Source: a virus
Taxonomy: Duplodnaviria > Heunggongvirae > Uroviricota > Caudoviricetes
Strand: one strand, 5' to 3'
Virus record (IMG/VR): IMGVR_UViG_2563366956_000009
Length of the DNA: 40,993 nt
Each line of letters opens with the position of its first letter. The stretch's first letter is position 1. The position numbers were made by a program, and so were the translations under genes. The notes below the pieces were generated by a model that searched no databases, was not told the DNA's origin, and saw only the letters and a program-made list of their open reading frames with translations. Below, in pieces: positions 1 through 9,303 of this stretch.

Positions 1-146
1 GAGAAGCGGTGTAAGTGAACTGCAGTTGCCATGTTTTACGGCAGTGAGAGCAGAGATAGCGCTGATGTCCGGCGGTGCTTTTGCCGTTACGCACCACCCC
101 GTCAGTAGCTGAACAGGAGGGACAGCTGATAGAAACAGAAGCCACT
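1..146 (-). CDS. insA: IS1 InsA, N-terminal part (partial, runs off window)
   Basis: GTG start 55 nt inside the IS1 end; translation [48 protein letters not shown]. Confidence 0.8.
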
Positions 147-201
147 GGAGCACCTCAAAAACACCATCATACACTAAATCAGTAAGTTGGCAGCATCACC
201 C
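1..201 (-). mobile_element. IS1: IS1 insertion sequence, left end (partial; continues beyond window start)
   Basis: Reverse complement of 1..201 reads GGTGATGCTGCCAACTTACTGAT..., the IS1 terminal inverted repeat followed by the insA leader and coding start, matching IS1 as remembered. Confidence 0.9.
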
Positions 202-357
202 GCCATCTTCAGTAAGTTCTCCGGTTTCTTTGTACACATTACCTATCACGTCAATAAGAATATCATCCTGCATCGACTCGTCATCATAATAGCCAATGCT
301 CTCCATAAAGGCCGAAAAGTCGGCCCTGTCTGCAAATTTGAGTGTTAAATCTTTCAT
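202..357 (-). pseudogene. tail fibre assembly (tfa-like) gene, N-terminal 52 codons only, truncated by IS1
   Basis: ATG overlaps the stf stop (ATGA); translation MKDLTLKFADRADFSAFMESIGYYDDESMQDDILIDVIGNVYKETGELTEDG runs directly into the IS1 terminal repeat at 201. Confidence 0.55.
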
Positions 358-2750
358 TTAATACTCTCCCCCATTTGCGCATCAGTTAATTCTTTATGCC
401 AGAGACGAAGATTTCTCAAATGGCCGAATAGATGACGAGTTCCCGATGTGGCTTGACCTCCAATTCGAATAAAGGTCCGTGTTTTTACGCCCGTCCACTC
501 CGTTTTCATAGTTTTAGTAGCCTCACCGTTAGAAACTACTCGTTTAGTACCATCAGAATAAATATTAAAACCACCAATGAATTTTCGAACATCAGCTCGA
601 CCAGCAAACACACTAGAAACGTAAGTACTTGTCGACGCTTTATAAGTTTGCATATAAAGCTGACCGTAATATTTCTCAGTTGTGTTAAAAGCGTATGTAA
701 TTGACTCAATAGGTGGCACACCAGAAAAATCAAAAATACGCGGTGCTACATTAGGAGGAATATCGCCCCAATTTCTATTAACCTCGACAAGACACGTAAG
801 CGGTCTATTATAGATATTATTTTCAGTTGGGATCGTCACCATATCACTGGAGCGGGTTGCGGGTGCAGTTGTCGTAATAACAAAAGATGAAGCACATCCG
901 CCGTTTTCAAATTGTGGTGTTGCAAGGTAAATATAATCTCCCGCTTCAGTTATACCACCTTTTTTCGGCGCATACTGAATCATTGCGCCAATTAAGGTTT
1001 CACCTTCAACAGCTTCTATAGTTGCCTCATAGAAAATCCACCCTGTAACCGGATCTTTAGTTGCAGTAGCTGCTATTCTATTGGCTGCTCCGCCAGTTTT
1101 TTCTATTATCAGAGTTCCGAAAGTTAAATAAGCATCTCCTAAAAATGTATAAACCGACCCATCGTATTTTTCAAAACGCAAACGACAACGAAGACCATCA
1201 GGAGCTTTAACCCTGCATGAAACAGTGCAATACTTATTATCGCCACAAACATCAATCCCCCGGGATGCACTGCATGTATGCAGACTAAGTGCAGATGATT
1301 GTCCTGTCATATTATCTTTTGTTCGCATTTTGGCATATGAAAAACCAAATTCATCAACACCATTATTAGTTTTATCGATATTGCTGGTACTCGTCCATTC
1401 AGCGGGAGTATTGGATTTAACAAAATAGTTAGTGCGCTGTCCTTCAATCAATAAACCTTCTTTTTCAAATCGTGGCTCATCAATTTTAGCAACACTAAAT
1501 ACGCCTGATTTATTGATATATGTGGCAGTTGATGCGCGTTTAAACTTAACAACCTTGTCGCCAGGCATCGTTATTTCATCATCACCAATAACAATTTTTT
1601 TATATGACGGCGAAAAGCCCGTAATCATATCCAGTGAATCGTTAAACGGTATCCACACATCAGGCAGTGGCTGTAAGACATATTTATACGGCTCTGCTGC
1701 CTGACTTGCATACTCTCTGGCTGCGTCTTCACTTGCTTTAGCTGCTGTCTGGCTTGCTGCCGATGCTTTCGCCGAGTTCGCCGCTGCAGTCTCGCTTGTC
1801 TTTGCATTGGTTTCACTGGTTTTTGCTGCTTTTTGACTGTTGGCTGATGCAGTGGCAGAAGCAGCCGCCGCGCTTGCAGAACCAGCTGCAGCACTCTCGC
1901 TTTGGGCTGCTGCATCCTGACTGTTTTTCGCCGCAGTTTCGCTGGCTTTGGCATTCGTTTCGCTGGTCTTCGCTGCCGTCTGGCTGGACTTTGCGTTAGT
2001 TTCACTCGTCTTCGCAGCTTTCTGGCTGTTAGCCGCAGCAGTTGCTGATCCAGCTGCTGAAGTCGCAGAACCGGCTGCCGCGCTCTCGCTTTGGGCTGCT
2101 GCAACCTGGCTGTTTTTTGCCGCAGTTTCACTGGCTTTGGCATTCGTTTCGCTGGTTTTCGCTGCCGTCTGGCTGGACTTTGCGTTGGTTTCGCTCGTCT
2201 TTGCGGCTGTCTCGCTATTTTTCGCGTTGGTTTCTGATTTTTTGGCTGCTGTCGCGGAGTTTGCCGATGCAGTCTTTGAGGTCGCTGCCGCCTGTGCACT
2301 ATTAGCTGCATTCGTTTCTGAGGTTTTCGCCGCGTTCTTCGATGATGCCGCTGCAGTTTCGGATTTCTTTGCCGCCGCTGCGCTCTGAGAGGCGGCTTCA
2401 GCGTTGCGTGCCGCTTCTTCCACCATTTCCTCAAAACGACGCAATGCCTCCGGCATGACATCATCTTCCGTCATGGCACCGAGAAAATCATTCAGCGTCC
2501 CCGGCTTAGAATCTTCATACACGGTGATGGTCCCGGCATGTGAAGGCGAAAAACCTTCAACCAGCAGGATAACGCTGTACTGGCCATACTCAACATCCAT
2601 ACTGTAACGCCCGGCTTCATCCGGATTTTCTGAGGCCAGCGTGTTCACTACCACCGTGGTGCTGTTACGTTTTGCTTTCAGCTGGATTGAGCAGTTCTGT
2701 ACCGGTTTTCCTGTGCCGTCTTTCAGTACACCTGAAATCTTTACTGCCAT
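354..2750 (-). CDS. stf: side tail fibre protein (lambda Stf-like N-terminus, Ala/Thr/Ser-rich repeat shaft, distinct C-terminal receptor-binding region)
   Basis: 798 aa ORF; N-terminus MAVKISGVLKDGTGKPVQNC...GTITVYEDS matches lambda Stf as remembered; central AAKTSETNAKSSQ repeats; C-terminal ...RHLFGHLRNLRLWHKELTDAQMGE motif. Confidence 0.85.
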   Translation of the reverse strand: MAVKISGVLKDGTGKPVQNCSIQLKAKRNSTTVVVNTLASENPDEAGRYSMDVEYGQYSVILLVEGFSPSHAGTITVYEDSKPGTLNDFLGAMTEDDVMPEALRRFEEMVEEAARNAEAASQSAAAAKKSETAAASSKNAAKTSETNAANSAQAAATSKTASANSATAAKKSETNAKNSETAAKTSETNAKSSQTAAKTSETNAKASETAAKNSQVAAAQSESAAAGSATSAAGSATAAANSQKAAKTSETNAKSSQTAAKTSETNAKASETAAKNSQDAAAQSESAAAGSASAAAASATASANSQKAAKTSETNAKTSETAAANSAKASAASQTAAKASEDAAREYASQAAEPYKYVLQPLPDVWIPFNDSLDMITGFSPSYKKIVIGDDEITMPGDKVVKFKRASTATYINKSGVFSVAKIDEPRFEKEGLLIEGQRTNYFVKSNTPAEWTSTSNIDKTNNGVDEFGFSYAKMRTKDNMTGQSSALSLHTCSASRGIDVCGDNKYCTVSCRVKAPDGLRCRLRFEKYDGSVYTFLGDAYLTFGTLIIEKTGGAANRIAATATKDPVTGWIFYEATIEAVEGETLIGAMIQYAPKKGGITEAGDYIYLATPQFENGGCASSFVITTTAPATRSSDMVTIPTENNIYNRPLTCLVEVNRNWGDIPPNVAPRIFDFSGVPPIESITYAFNTTEKYYGQLYMQTYKASTSTYVSSVFAGRADVRKFIGGFNIYSDGTKRVVSNGEATKTMKTEWTGVKTRTFIRIGGQATSGTRHLFGHLRNLRLWHKELTDAQMGESIK
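1740..2400. repeat. imperfect tandem repeats inside stf (about 189 bp unit, two near-identical copies plus degenerate shorter sub-repeats)
   Basis: The block starting gcactctcgctttgggctgctgca (about 1891) recurs as gcgctctcgctttgggctgctgca (about 2080) with roughly 90 percent identity over more than 130 bp. Confidence 0.6.
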
Positions 2751-2759
2751 ATTCCCCCC

Positions 2760-2800
2760 ACAAAAAAGCCCACCTGAACCGGCGGGCTGTCATAACACTG
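2760..2800 (-). terminator. putative intrinsic terminator downstream of lom
   Basis: Minus-strand hairpin AGCCCGCCGG..GGTGGGCT followed by TTTTTTGTG. Confidence 0.35.
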
Positions 2801-2814
2801 TGTTACCTGGCTAA

Positions 2815-3414
2815 TCAGAATTTATAACCGACACCCACGATGAAACCGTCAGTGCGCCAGTCACCACTGCCAGAACCTTCATAAGCAATATCAATGGCCA
2901 CGGATTCGGTCGGGTTAAACTGCACGCCAGCCCCCCACGCCAGAGACGTGTTGCTGTGGCGACCGTCATCACTTCCGGTCAGCACATCGTGCGTTTTCCC
3001 CTTGTTGTCAGTTACGCGAAGGTAATCCCCGGAAAAAGTCGAAACACGGCTGTAAGCCATACCCGCCATCGCATACGCGCTGAACCATTCATTCACGCGC
3101 ACAGACGGCCCCGCCATCACGCTGAACCAGCGGTTACGCACGGAATCTTCATGCCAGCTGGTATCGCTGTAACGGGTCAGCTGGCGATTCTTGTCTCCTG
3201 CATAGCTGAATGACGTCACCAGCCCCAGCGTATCCGTAAACTCATAACGGTATTTCACGTTAATCCCGTTCAGATCATCACTGCCGGGAACGTTGGTCCG
3301 GGCATGAAGATACCCCGCGCTCAGCGTGGACTGATGTTCAGATGCCCATGCAGGCGCACCGGATACGGCCAGACAAATGGCTGCGGACAAAATGGCGGCA
3401 TAAAGTTTACGCAT
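2815..3414 (-). CDS. lom: outer membrane protein Lom (Ail/Lom family)
   Basis: 199 aa with signal peptide MRKLYAAILSAAICLAVSGAPAWA and C-terminal beta-barrel ending ...GVGYKF; lambda lom position after J. Confidence 0.9.
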   Translation of the reverse strand: MRKLYAAILSAAICLAVSGAPAWASEHQSTLSAGYLHARTNVPGSDDLNGINVKYRYEFTDTLGLVTSFSYAGDKNRQLTRYSDTSWHEDSVRNRWFSVMAGPSVRVNEWFSAYAMAGMAYSRVSTFSGDYLRVTDNKGKTHDVLTGSDDGRHSNTSLAWGAGVQFNPTESVAIDIAYEGSGSGDWRTDGFIVGVGYKF

Positions 3415-3435
3415 AATTACCTCTCGCTTTTCTGC

Positions 3436-3462
3436 AATAAAAAAGGCACCATTTCTGGTGCC
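3436..3462 (-). terminator. intrinsic terminator between J and lom
   Basis: Minus-strand hairpin GGCACCAGAAATGGTGCC followed by TTTTTTATT. Confidence 0.5.
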
Positions 3463-3483
3463 CTTATATGGGTTATAACAATT

Positions 3484-6400
3484 TCAACGAATACTGATGC
3501 CGGAAGCGGCTTTTTTGGTCACAATCACCGTACAGTCGGTGATATTACCTGCCCACTGATTGCCTTTATGGAAAACCTTAAACTCCAGAGTGACGCTTCC
3601 CCTGCCACTCGGCATATCAATAACCGCACTGTAGCTACCGGGAATGGCCCCTTTAGTTTCTCTGGATGCGATTAATACACCGTTTTTGCGAACTTCAAAA
3701 CCATAACCCGTGTATCTTGTACCTCCCGGGTTATTACCACTTCCCGGATCGCTATACGCTATTCCGTTAAAGATAATGGGCGGAATAATGATTTGACGGT
3801 CAAAGTTATGATCATCGCTGATGGTGACTGTAACCGTCCCGTTTGGTGTTTCCGTGTTACCCCACGTACCAGCCTGTTTCGGGAATGATTTGGATACAGC
3901 TTTAACGAAGTCACCTCTGACCTGAGTCGCCTCCAGCATGCCCTTAATCGTACAGTTTTCATTTACCGTGACATTGTTGAGCGTCCCGGCGTTCGCATTC
4001 ACTCTGCCACTGATATCCGCATTTTTAGCGGTCAGCTTTCCGTCTGATGTCAGGGAAAATGCCGGTGGATTTCCACCACTGGTAATGGTCGGGGCCGTCA
4101 GGCGCTTCAGGAACACGTCGTTCATAAATATCTGATTGCCCTGCGCCACAAACATCGGCGTTTCATTCCCGTTTGCCGGGTCAATAAACGCGATACGGTT
4201 AGCGGCAACCAGAAACTGGCTCAGCTTGCCTTCTTCCGTGTCCTCCATGCTGAGGCCAATACCCGCGACATAATGTTTGCCGTCTTTGGTCTGCTCAATT
4301 TTGACGCCCCACATGGCATTCCACTTATCGTTAGCGTCCTGCCACTCTTTCGAAAACTCCTCCAGTCTGCTGGCGTTATCCTCCGTCAGCTCGACTTTTT
4401 CCAGCAGCTCCTTGCCGAGATGGGATTCGGTTATCTGGCCTTTGAAAAAATCCAGGTAACCTTCCGCATCATCGCTCGCCTGACCGACAGCCTCCACGAA
4501 TGCCGATTTGCCAACGGTGTTCACACTGCGGATATAAAAGTAATAATCATGGCCCGGTTTGATATTGATACTGGCGGCTATCCAGTACAGCGCCGTACCA
4601 AGATAGCGGGCTGTGGTTTCAACCTGCCTGATATCGGTAATCCGCTTTTCCGAGAACCAGAACTCAAACTGTACCGTCGGGTCATAAACGGCAAGATGCG
4701 GCGTGGCGGTTATCTGAAAATAGCCCGGCGTCAGCTCAATCCTCGACGGTGCTGCCGGTGCGGCAATCCGGAACGATACCGACGCCGGATCGCCCTGCTG
4801 CCCCCACGCATTTACCGCCCGGACTGTCAGTCTGTAGTTCCCCAGCGCCAGTTGCGTGAAGCGGTATGTGGTTTCCGTCGTCCGGGCCGTGCTGACCAGC
4901 CGCTCACTGCCGTCATCCGCTGTTACGGTCAGACGGAGCAGGAAGCTCACGCCCTTCACCACCTTCGGCGTGTCCCAGCGCGCCAGCACCTGATATTCCC
5001 CGCTGTCTGCGGTGACTTCGGCGGTCAGGTGCTGCACCGCTGGCGGCGTGACACCATTCACCGTGCCGCTCTGGTCGCCGTCAAAGTGCGCCCCGTTATC
5101 CACGATGGCTTCTTTTTCCGGTACATGCTGCACGGCAGTGATGGCATACGTGCCGTCATCGTTCTCACGGATACTCACACAGCGGAACAGGCGCTGACGC
5201 AACGTCGGCAACTTCAGCCCCCACACACTGTATTCTGCAACGCCGTCAGGAACCCGGTTCACTTTCACCTTAAGTCCGTCGGTGACGGACTGAACCTCCA
5301 CGCTGACCGGATTACCACTTCCGTCAACCAGGCTTATCAGCGTGGTACCGGAGGATGGCAGCGTGATTTCACGGTCGAGCGTCAGCGTCCGGGTCTGGCT
5401 GTTCACCGCCAGCACGCGACCACCGGTGCTGATACCGGCATAGTCATCATCGCAGATTTCAATGACATCGCCCGGTACATGGCGAAGCCCTTCAGCACCC
5501 ACGCTGAAATCCACGGTCTGCGTCTCCAGCAGTTCAGTTTTAATCAGCCACAGCCCGGCGCGGTGTGCCTGCCCCCGGCTGGTACAGCCAAAGGCATCCA
5601 TCTTCGTGACATTACGACCGTAACGGACAATGGCCTGCGTATCTTCAACAAGCTCTGTCGCCGTCTCCCAGCCGTTGTTCGGGTCAATCCAGTTCACCTC
5701 AACGGCATTATGGCGGTCCTTCAGGGCGCTGAAGCTGTAGCGGAACGGCGCGCCATCATCCGGCATCACCACATTACTGCGGTTATAGGTCCACACCTTA
5801 TCTGATGGTCGGTCCTGCACGAACGTCAGCGTCTGCCCGTTCCATACCGGCATACAGCGCATCGCCGAGCAGAAATCACTGAGCACATCCCACGCCTTGC
5901 GCTGTGTGGTCAGGTAGGCATTACAGGTGATGCGCGGCTCCGTGCCGCCAAAGCCGTCCGGCACTGACTGGTCGCAGTACTGGCCGATGACATACAGCGC
6001 CCATTTGTCCACATCCGCCGCACCAAGACGTTTCCCCATGCCGTAGCGCGGGTGGGTCAGCATATCCCACAGACACCAGGCCGGGTTGTTGCTGTATGCC
6101 GGCTTAAACGTTCCGTCCCAGATACCGCTGTATTGCCGCGTCTGCGGGTTATAGTTCGACGGCACCTGCAGAATGCGCCCGCGAAGATGATAATTACGGC
6201 TCACCTGCTGGCTGCCGAACTGCTCCGAGTCCACCTGCACGCCGACCAGTGCCGTGTTCGGGTAGCACTGTTTCACATCGATGATTTCGGTGTATGACGA
6301 CCAGAGCGTTTTGTTCTGCAGCTGGTCTGTGGTGCTGTCCGGCGTCATCCTGCGCATCCGGATATTAAACGGGCGCGGCGGCAGGTTACCCACCACCACC

Positions 6401-6897
6401 GAGGCCAGATACTGCGAGGTGGTTTTGCCCTTAATGGTGATGTCTTTTTCCGTCACCCAGCCACCGTTACGTTGTATCTGAACCAGCAGACGGACTTCCG
6501 ACGGATTCCTGTCACCCTTTGAGGTGGTTTCCACCAGTGCCTGTACACCGAAGGTAAAGCGCAGACGGTCGATGTTTGCAGACGTAATGGTGCGGGTGAT
6601 CGGCGTGTCATATTTCACTTCCGTACCCAGCACCGTCTCGGAGCCGGAGGATTCAAACCCCTCCGGCGGTGTCTGCTCCTGCTCACCGGCACGGAACACC
6701 ACCGTGACACCGGAGATGTTGGTATTCCCCTCAGTGTCCAGCACCGGCGTACTGTTCAGCAGCACGCTTTTTAATCCATCCACCGGACCTTCAACCGGCC
6801 CTTCGCTGATGGCATCGATCACACTCAGCAACTGCGTGGACTTCAGGTTGTCCTTCGCTTCGCGCGGGGTATGCCCCTTACTGCTTCCTTTACCCAT
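3484..6897 (-). CDS. J: tail tip / host specificity protein J
   Basis: 1137 aa ORF, N-terminus [24 protein letters not shown] matches lambda J; lambda gene order. Confidence 0.95.
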   Translation of the reverse strand: MGKGSSKGHTPREAKDNLKSTQLLSVIDAISEGPVEGPVDGLKSVLLNSTPVLDTEGNTNISGVTVVFRAGEQEQTPPEGFESSGSETVLGTEVKYDTPITRTITSANIDRLRFTFGVQALVETTSKGDRNPSEVRLLVQIQRNGGWVTEKDITIKGKTTSQYLASVVVGNLPPRPFNIRMRRMTPDSTTDQLQNKTLWSSYTEIIDVKQCYPNTALVGVQVDSEQFGSQQVSRNYHLRGRILQVPSNYNPQTRQYSGIWDGTFKPAYSNNPAWCLWDMLTHPRYGMGKRLGAADVDKWALYVIGQYCDQSVPDGFGGTEPRITCNAYLTTQRKAWDVLSDFCSAMRCMPVWNGQTLTFVQDRPSDKVWTYNRSNVVMPDDGAPFRYSFSALKDRHNAVEVNWIDPNNGWETATELVEDTQAIVRYGRNVTKMDAFGCTSRGQAHRAGLWLIKTELLETQTVDFSVGAEGLRHVPGDVIEICDDDYAGISTGGRVLAVNSQTRTLTLDREITLPSSGTTLISLVDGSGNPVSVEVQSVTDGLKVKVNRVPDGVAEYSVWGLKLPTLRQRLFRCVSIRENDDGTYAITAVQHVPEKEAIVDNGAHFDGDQSGTVNGVTPPAVQHLTAEVTADSGEYQVLARWDTPKVVKGVSFLLRLTVTADDGSERLVSTARTTETTYRFTQLALGNYRLTVRAVNAWGQQGDPASVSFRIAAPAAPSRIELTPGYFQITATPHLAVYDPTVQFEFWFSEKRITDIRQVETTARYLGTALYWIAASINIKPGHDYYFYIRSVNTVGKSAFVEAVGQASDDAEGYLDFFKGQITESHLGKELLEKVELTEDNASRLEEFSKEWQDANDKWNAMWGVKIEQTKDGKHYVAGIGLSMEDTEEGKLSQFLVAANRIAFIDPANGNETPMFVAQGNQIFMNDVFLKRLTAPTITSGGNPPAFSLTSDGKLTAKNADISGRVNANAGTLNNVTVNENCTIKGMLEATQVRGDFVKAVSKSFPKQAGTWGNTETPNGTVTVTISDDHNFDRQIIIPPIIFNGIAYSDPGSGNNPGGTRYTGYGFEVRKNGVLIASRETKGAIPGSYSAVIDMPSGRGSVTLEFKVFHKGNQWAGNITDCTVIVTKKAASGISIR

Positions 6898-6957
6898 TCC
6901 TCACGCTCCATAAATGACAAAACCGCCCGCAGGCGGTTTCACATAAAACATTTTGCA

Positions 6958-7629
6958 TCAGCGACCAATCACCACAACCTGACCACCGTCCCCTTCGTCT
7001 GCCGTGCTGATCTCCTGAGAAACCACGCGTGACCCCACGCGCATTTCCCCGTACAGAACAGGCAGAACATTGCCCTGGGCAACCATGTTATCCAGTGAGG
7101 AGAAATAGGTGTTCTGCTTACCGTTATCCGTTGTCTGTGTACGGGGAGTTCTGGCTTTCGGTGCCAGCATCTGCGCCACACCACCGAGCACCATACTGGC
7201 ACCGAGAGAAAACAGGATGCCGGTCATACCACCGGCCCCAATGGCTGCCCCCCATGCTGCAAGGGTGGCTCCGGCGGTAAAGAATGATCCGGCAATGGCG
7301 GCAGCCCCCAGGACAATCTGGAATACGCCACCTGACTTGGCCCCGGCGACTCTGGGAACAATATGAATCACAGCGCCATCAGGCAGAGTCTCATGTAACT
7401 GCGCCGTTAACCCGGACGTGCTGACGTCCCGCCCGGCAATCCGTACCTGATACCAGCCGTCGCTCAGTTTCTGACGAAACGCCGGGAGCTGTGTGGCCAG
7501 TGCCCGGATGGCTTCAGCCCCCGTTTTCACACGAAGGTCGATGCGGCGACCAAATCGTTGTAAATCCCCGTAAAGGCAGATGCGCGCCATGCCCGGTGAC
7601 GCCAGAGGGAGTGTGTGCGTCGCTGCCAT
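6958..7629 (-). CDS. I: tail assembly protein I
   Basis: 223 aa, same length and position as lambda I; overlaps K by about 100 nt as in lambda. Confidence 0.9.
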   Translation of the reverse strand: MAATHTLPLASPGMARICLYGDLQRFGRRIDLRVKTGAEAIRALATQLPAFRQKLSDGWYQVRIAGRDVSTSGLTAQLHETLPDGAVIHIVPRVAGAKSGGVFQIVLGAAAIAGSFFTAGATLAAWGAAIGAGGMTGILFSLGASMVLGGVAQMLAPKARTPRTQTTDNGKQNTYFSSLDNMVAQGNVLPVLYGEMRVGSRVVSQEISTADEGDGGQVVVIGR

Positions 7630-8270
7630 TTGTCGGTGTACCTCTCTCGTTTGCTCAGTTGTTCAGGAATATGGTGCAGCAGCTCGCCGTCGCCGCAGTA
7701 AATTGCGGCGTGATTCGGCACCGATGAACCAAAACAGCACAGCAGCACATCGCCCGGCTGTGCCGCTGACAACGGCACCTGATACAGCCCCGTCGCCTCC
7801 AGATTATCCAGATAGAGATTCTGGCCGTTACGCCACCAGTCATCCTCACGATGAAAGTCCGGCATCTCAATCCCCGCCAGATGATAAGCATCCCGGAACA
7901 GTGTGTAACAGTCCGTCACACCGTGCTCAAAGCGCCGCCCGGTGAGATGCGGCACACAGCGGAACTTATGAATCGTCCCCCGGCAGACCAGCCACCACGG
8001 CAAATCACTCTGCACCTGCAGCCGCCGGTCGGCCTCACTCAGCCAGGGCAGGCCACCGGGGTGGCTGTGGACCAGCGCCACAATCTCACCCTGCATTTCT
8101 GCCTGCAGCCAGTCTTCCGGCGACATACGGAAATACGCCTCCGGCTCACCGGAGATATTCACGCAGGGGAAATATCTTTCCCCCTCCGGCGTGCTTACCA
8201 CGAAGCCGCACGACTCCGCTGGCGCACATCGCCGGGCGTGCGCCAGAATCGCTGATTCTGTCTGTGTCAT
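7527..8270 (-). CDS. K: tail tip assembly protein K (JAMM/MPN-like motif plus NlpC/P60-like region)
   Basis: 247 aa ORF MTQTESAILAHARRCAPAESCGF...; HSHPGGLPWLSEAD motif; lambda K position. Classical lambda K is annotated shorter (199 aa). Confidence 0.85.
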   Translation of the reverse strand: MTQTESAILAHARRCAPAESCGFVVSTPEGERYFPCVNISGEPEAYFRMSPEDWLQAEMQGEIVALVHSHPGGLPWLSEADRRLQVQSDLPWWLVCRGTIHKFRCVPHLTGRRFEHGVTDCYTLFRDAYHLAGIEMPDFHREDDWWRNGQNLYLDNLEATGLYQVPLSAAQPGDVLLCCFGSSVPNHAAIYCGDGELLHHIPEQLSKRERYTDKWQRRTHSLWRHRAWRASAFTGIYNDLVAASTFV

Positions 8271-8275
8271 GGGAT

Positions 8276-8974
8276 TTACTGCGAAAGTTTGTTAATGGAA
8301 AGGAAGCCGCCAAAGTTGCCGACGTTATTGCGGAACTTACAACCGCTCAGGCATTTGCTGCATTTATCCTTCGTGATATCGGACGTTGGCTGGTCATATT
8401 CATCCGCGACAGCCGGACCGCTATAACCGCACTCGTCACCGCGATAGGTCCAGGTGCAGGTGTTGGCCAGCATGATACGTCCCGGAAAAACAGCGCCATC
8501 CGTTTCCGTCGGCGTGGACAGTACAAAGGAGGCACTCACCGCGCTCAGTTCGCTGCACTGCTCAATGCGCCAGCGGCTGATCACCTCCTGCTCCGGATCG
8601 GCGTAACTGTTTCCGTTGACGAAGTTCACCGCATCCAGAAAACGGGCGTAAACCTTACGCCGGACCACCGTTCCGCCGACCAGACTCTGCATATCTTCCG
8701 CCATCCCGGTGACCATACCGTACAGGTTAGAAACCGTCAGCGTGGGGCGCGTACTGGTGCCTTTGCCATTCAGTTCAAAACCGCTCCCCTGAATGGGATA
8801 CGGCTGATACTGTCGCCCCTGCCAGGTGACCGGCTCACCTTTTTCGTTCTGCTCATTACAGAAAAAATAACGTTCTCCACCGACCTCTGTCAGGTCGATT
8901 TCCCAGAGCACCACGCTGGCCGACTGCTCCGCACGGGTGCATTCATTCAGTGTTTCCTGCCGGATATCCTGCAT
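8276..8974 (-). CDS. L: minor tail protein L
   Basis: 232 aa, lambda L length and position. Confidence 0.9.
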   Translation of the reverse strand: MQDIRQETLNECTRAEQSASVVLWEIDLTEVGGERYFFCNEQNEKGEPVTWQGRQYQPYPIQGSGFELNGKGTSTRPTLTVSNLYGMVTGMAEDMQSLVGGTVVRRKVYARFLDAVNFVNGNSYADPEQEVISRWRIEQCSELSAVSASFVLSTPTETDGAVFPGRIMLANTCTWTYRGDECGYSGPAVADEYDQPTSDITKDKCSKCLSGCKFRNNVGNFGGFLSINKLSQ

Positions 8975-9303
8975 CAGTTCACCACCTGTTCAAACTCTGC
9001 GCTGAACTCAACACGCAGCATACTGACCCGCGACGACCATTTTGCGCAGGTCACCTTTATCTGCCGCCACTCATAAGGCGGCGTCCACAGAAAGGATTTC
9101 CAGCCCCCGTGCTCTTCCAGAAACGACTCCAGTACCGTGGCCTCCTCACGGGGGACAGAAAGCGTCACGCTGTACGTTTTCAGGTTGGCATTCAGCCCGG
9201 CAGGCGCTCGCTGAGAATAGCCATCACCAAAGCGCACCTTTCTTACAGAAGGGACCGAAGCCACATCCATACCTGGTTTCACTTTCCAGCGGAAGGTCTT
9301 CAT
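8974..9303 (-). CDS. M: minor tail protein M
   Basis: 109 aa, lambda M length and position. Confidence 0.9.
   Translation of the reverse strand: MKTFRWKVKPGMDVASVPSVRKVRFGDGYSQRAPAGLNANLKTYSVTLSVPREEATVLESFLEEHGGWKSFLWTPPYEWRQIKVTCAKWSSRVSMLRVEFSAEFEQVVN

Noticed and set aside
1948-2388. 146-aa plus-strand ORF (Ala/Phe/Leu-rich)
   Set aside because: Antisense frame of the stf tandem repeats; it repeats with the same period as the DNA, so it reflects repeat structure, not a gene.
1625-2464. 279-aa minus-strand ORF rich in Arg, Gln, Pro and Lys
   Set aside because: Alternative reading frame of the stf repeat region; its composition is a by-product of the GCN-rich repeats.
4273-5805. 510-aa plus-strand ORF
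   Set aside because: Lies entirely antisense within the J gene; Arg/Gly/His-rich low-complexity translation typical of a GC-rich antisense frame; no RBS.
8264-9076. 270-aa plus-strand ORF
   Set aside because: Antisense to tail genes L and M.
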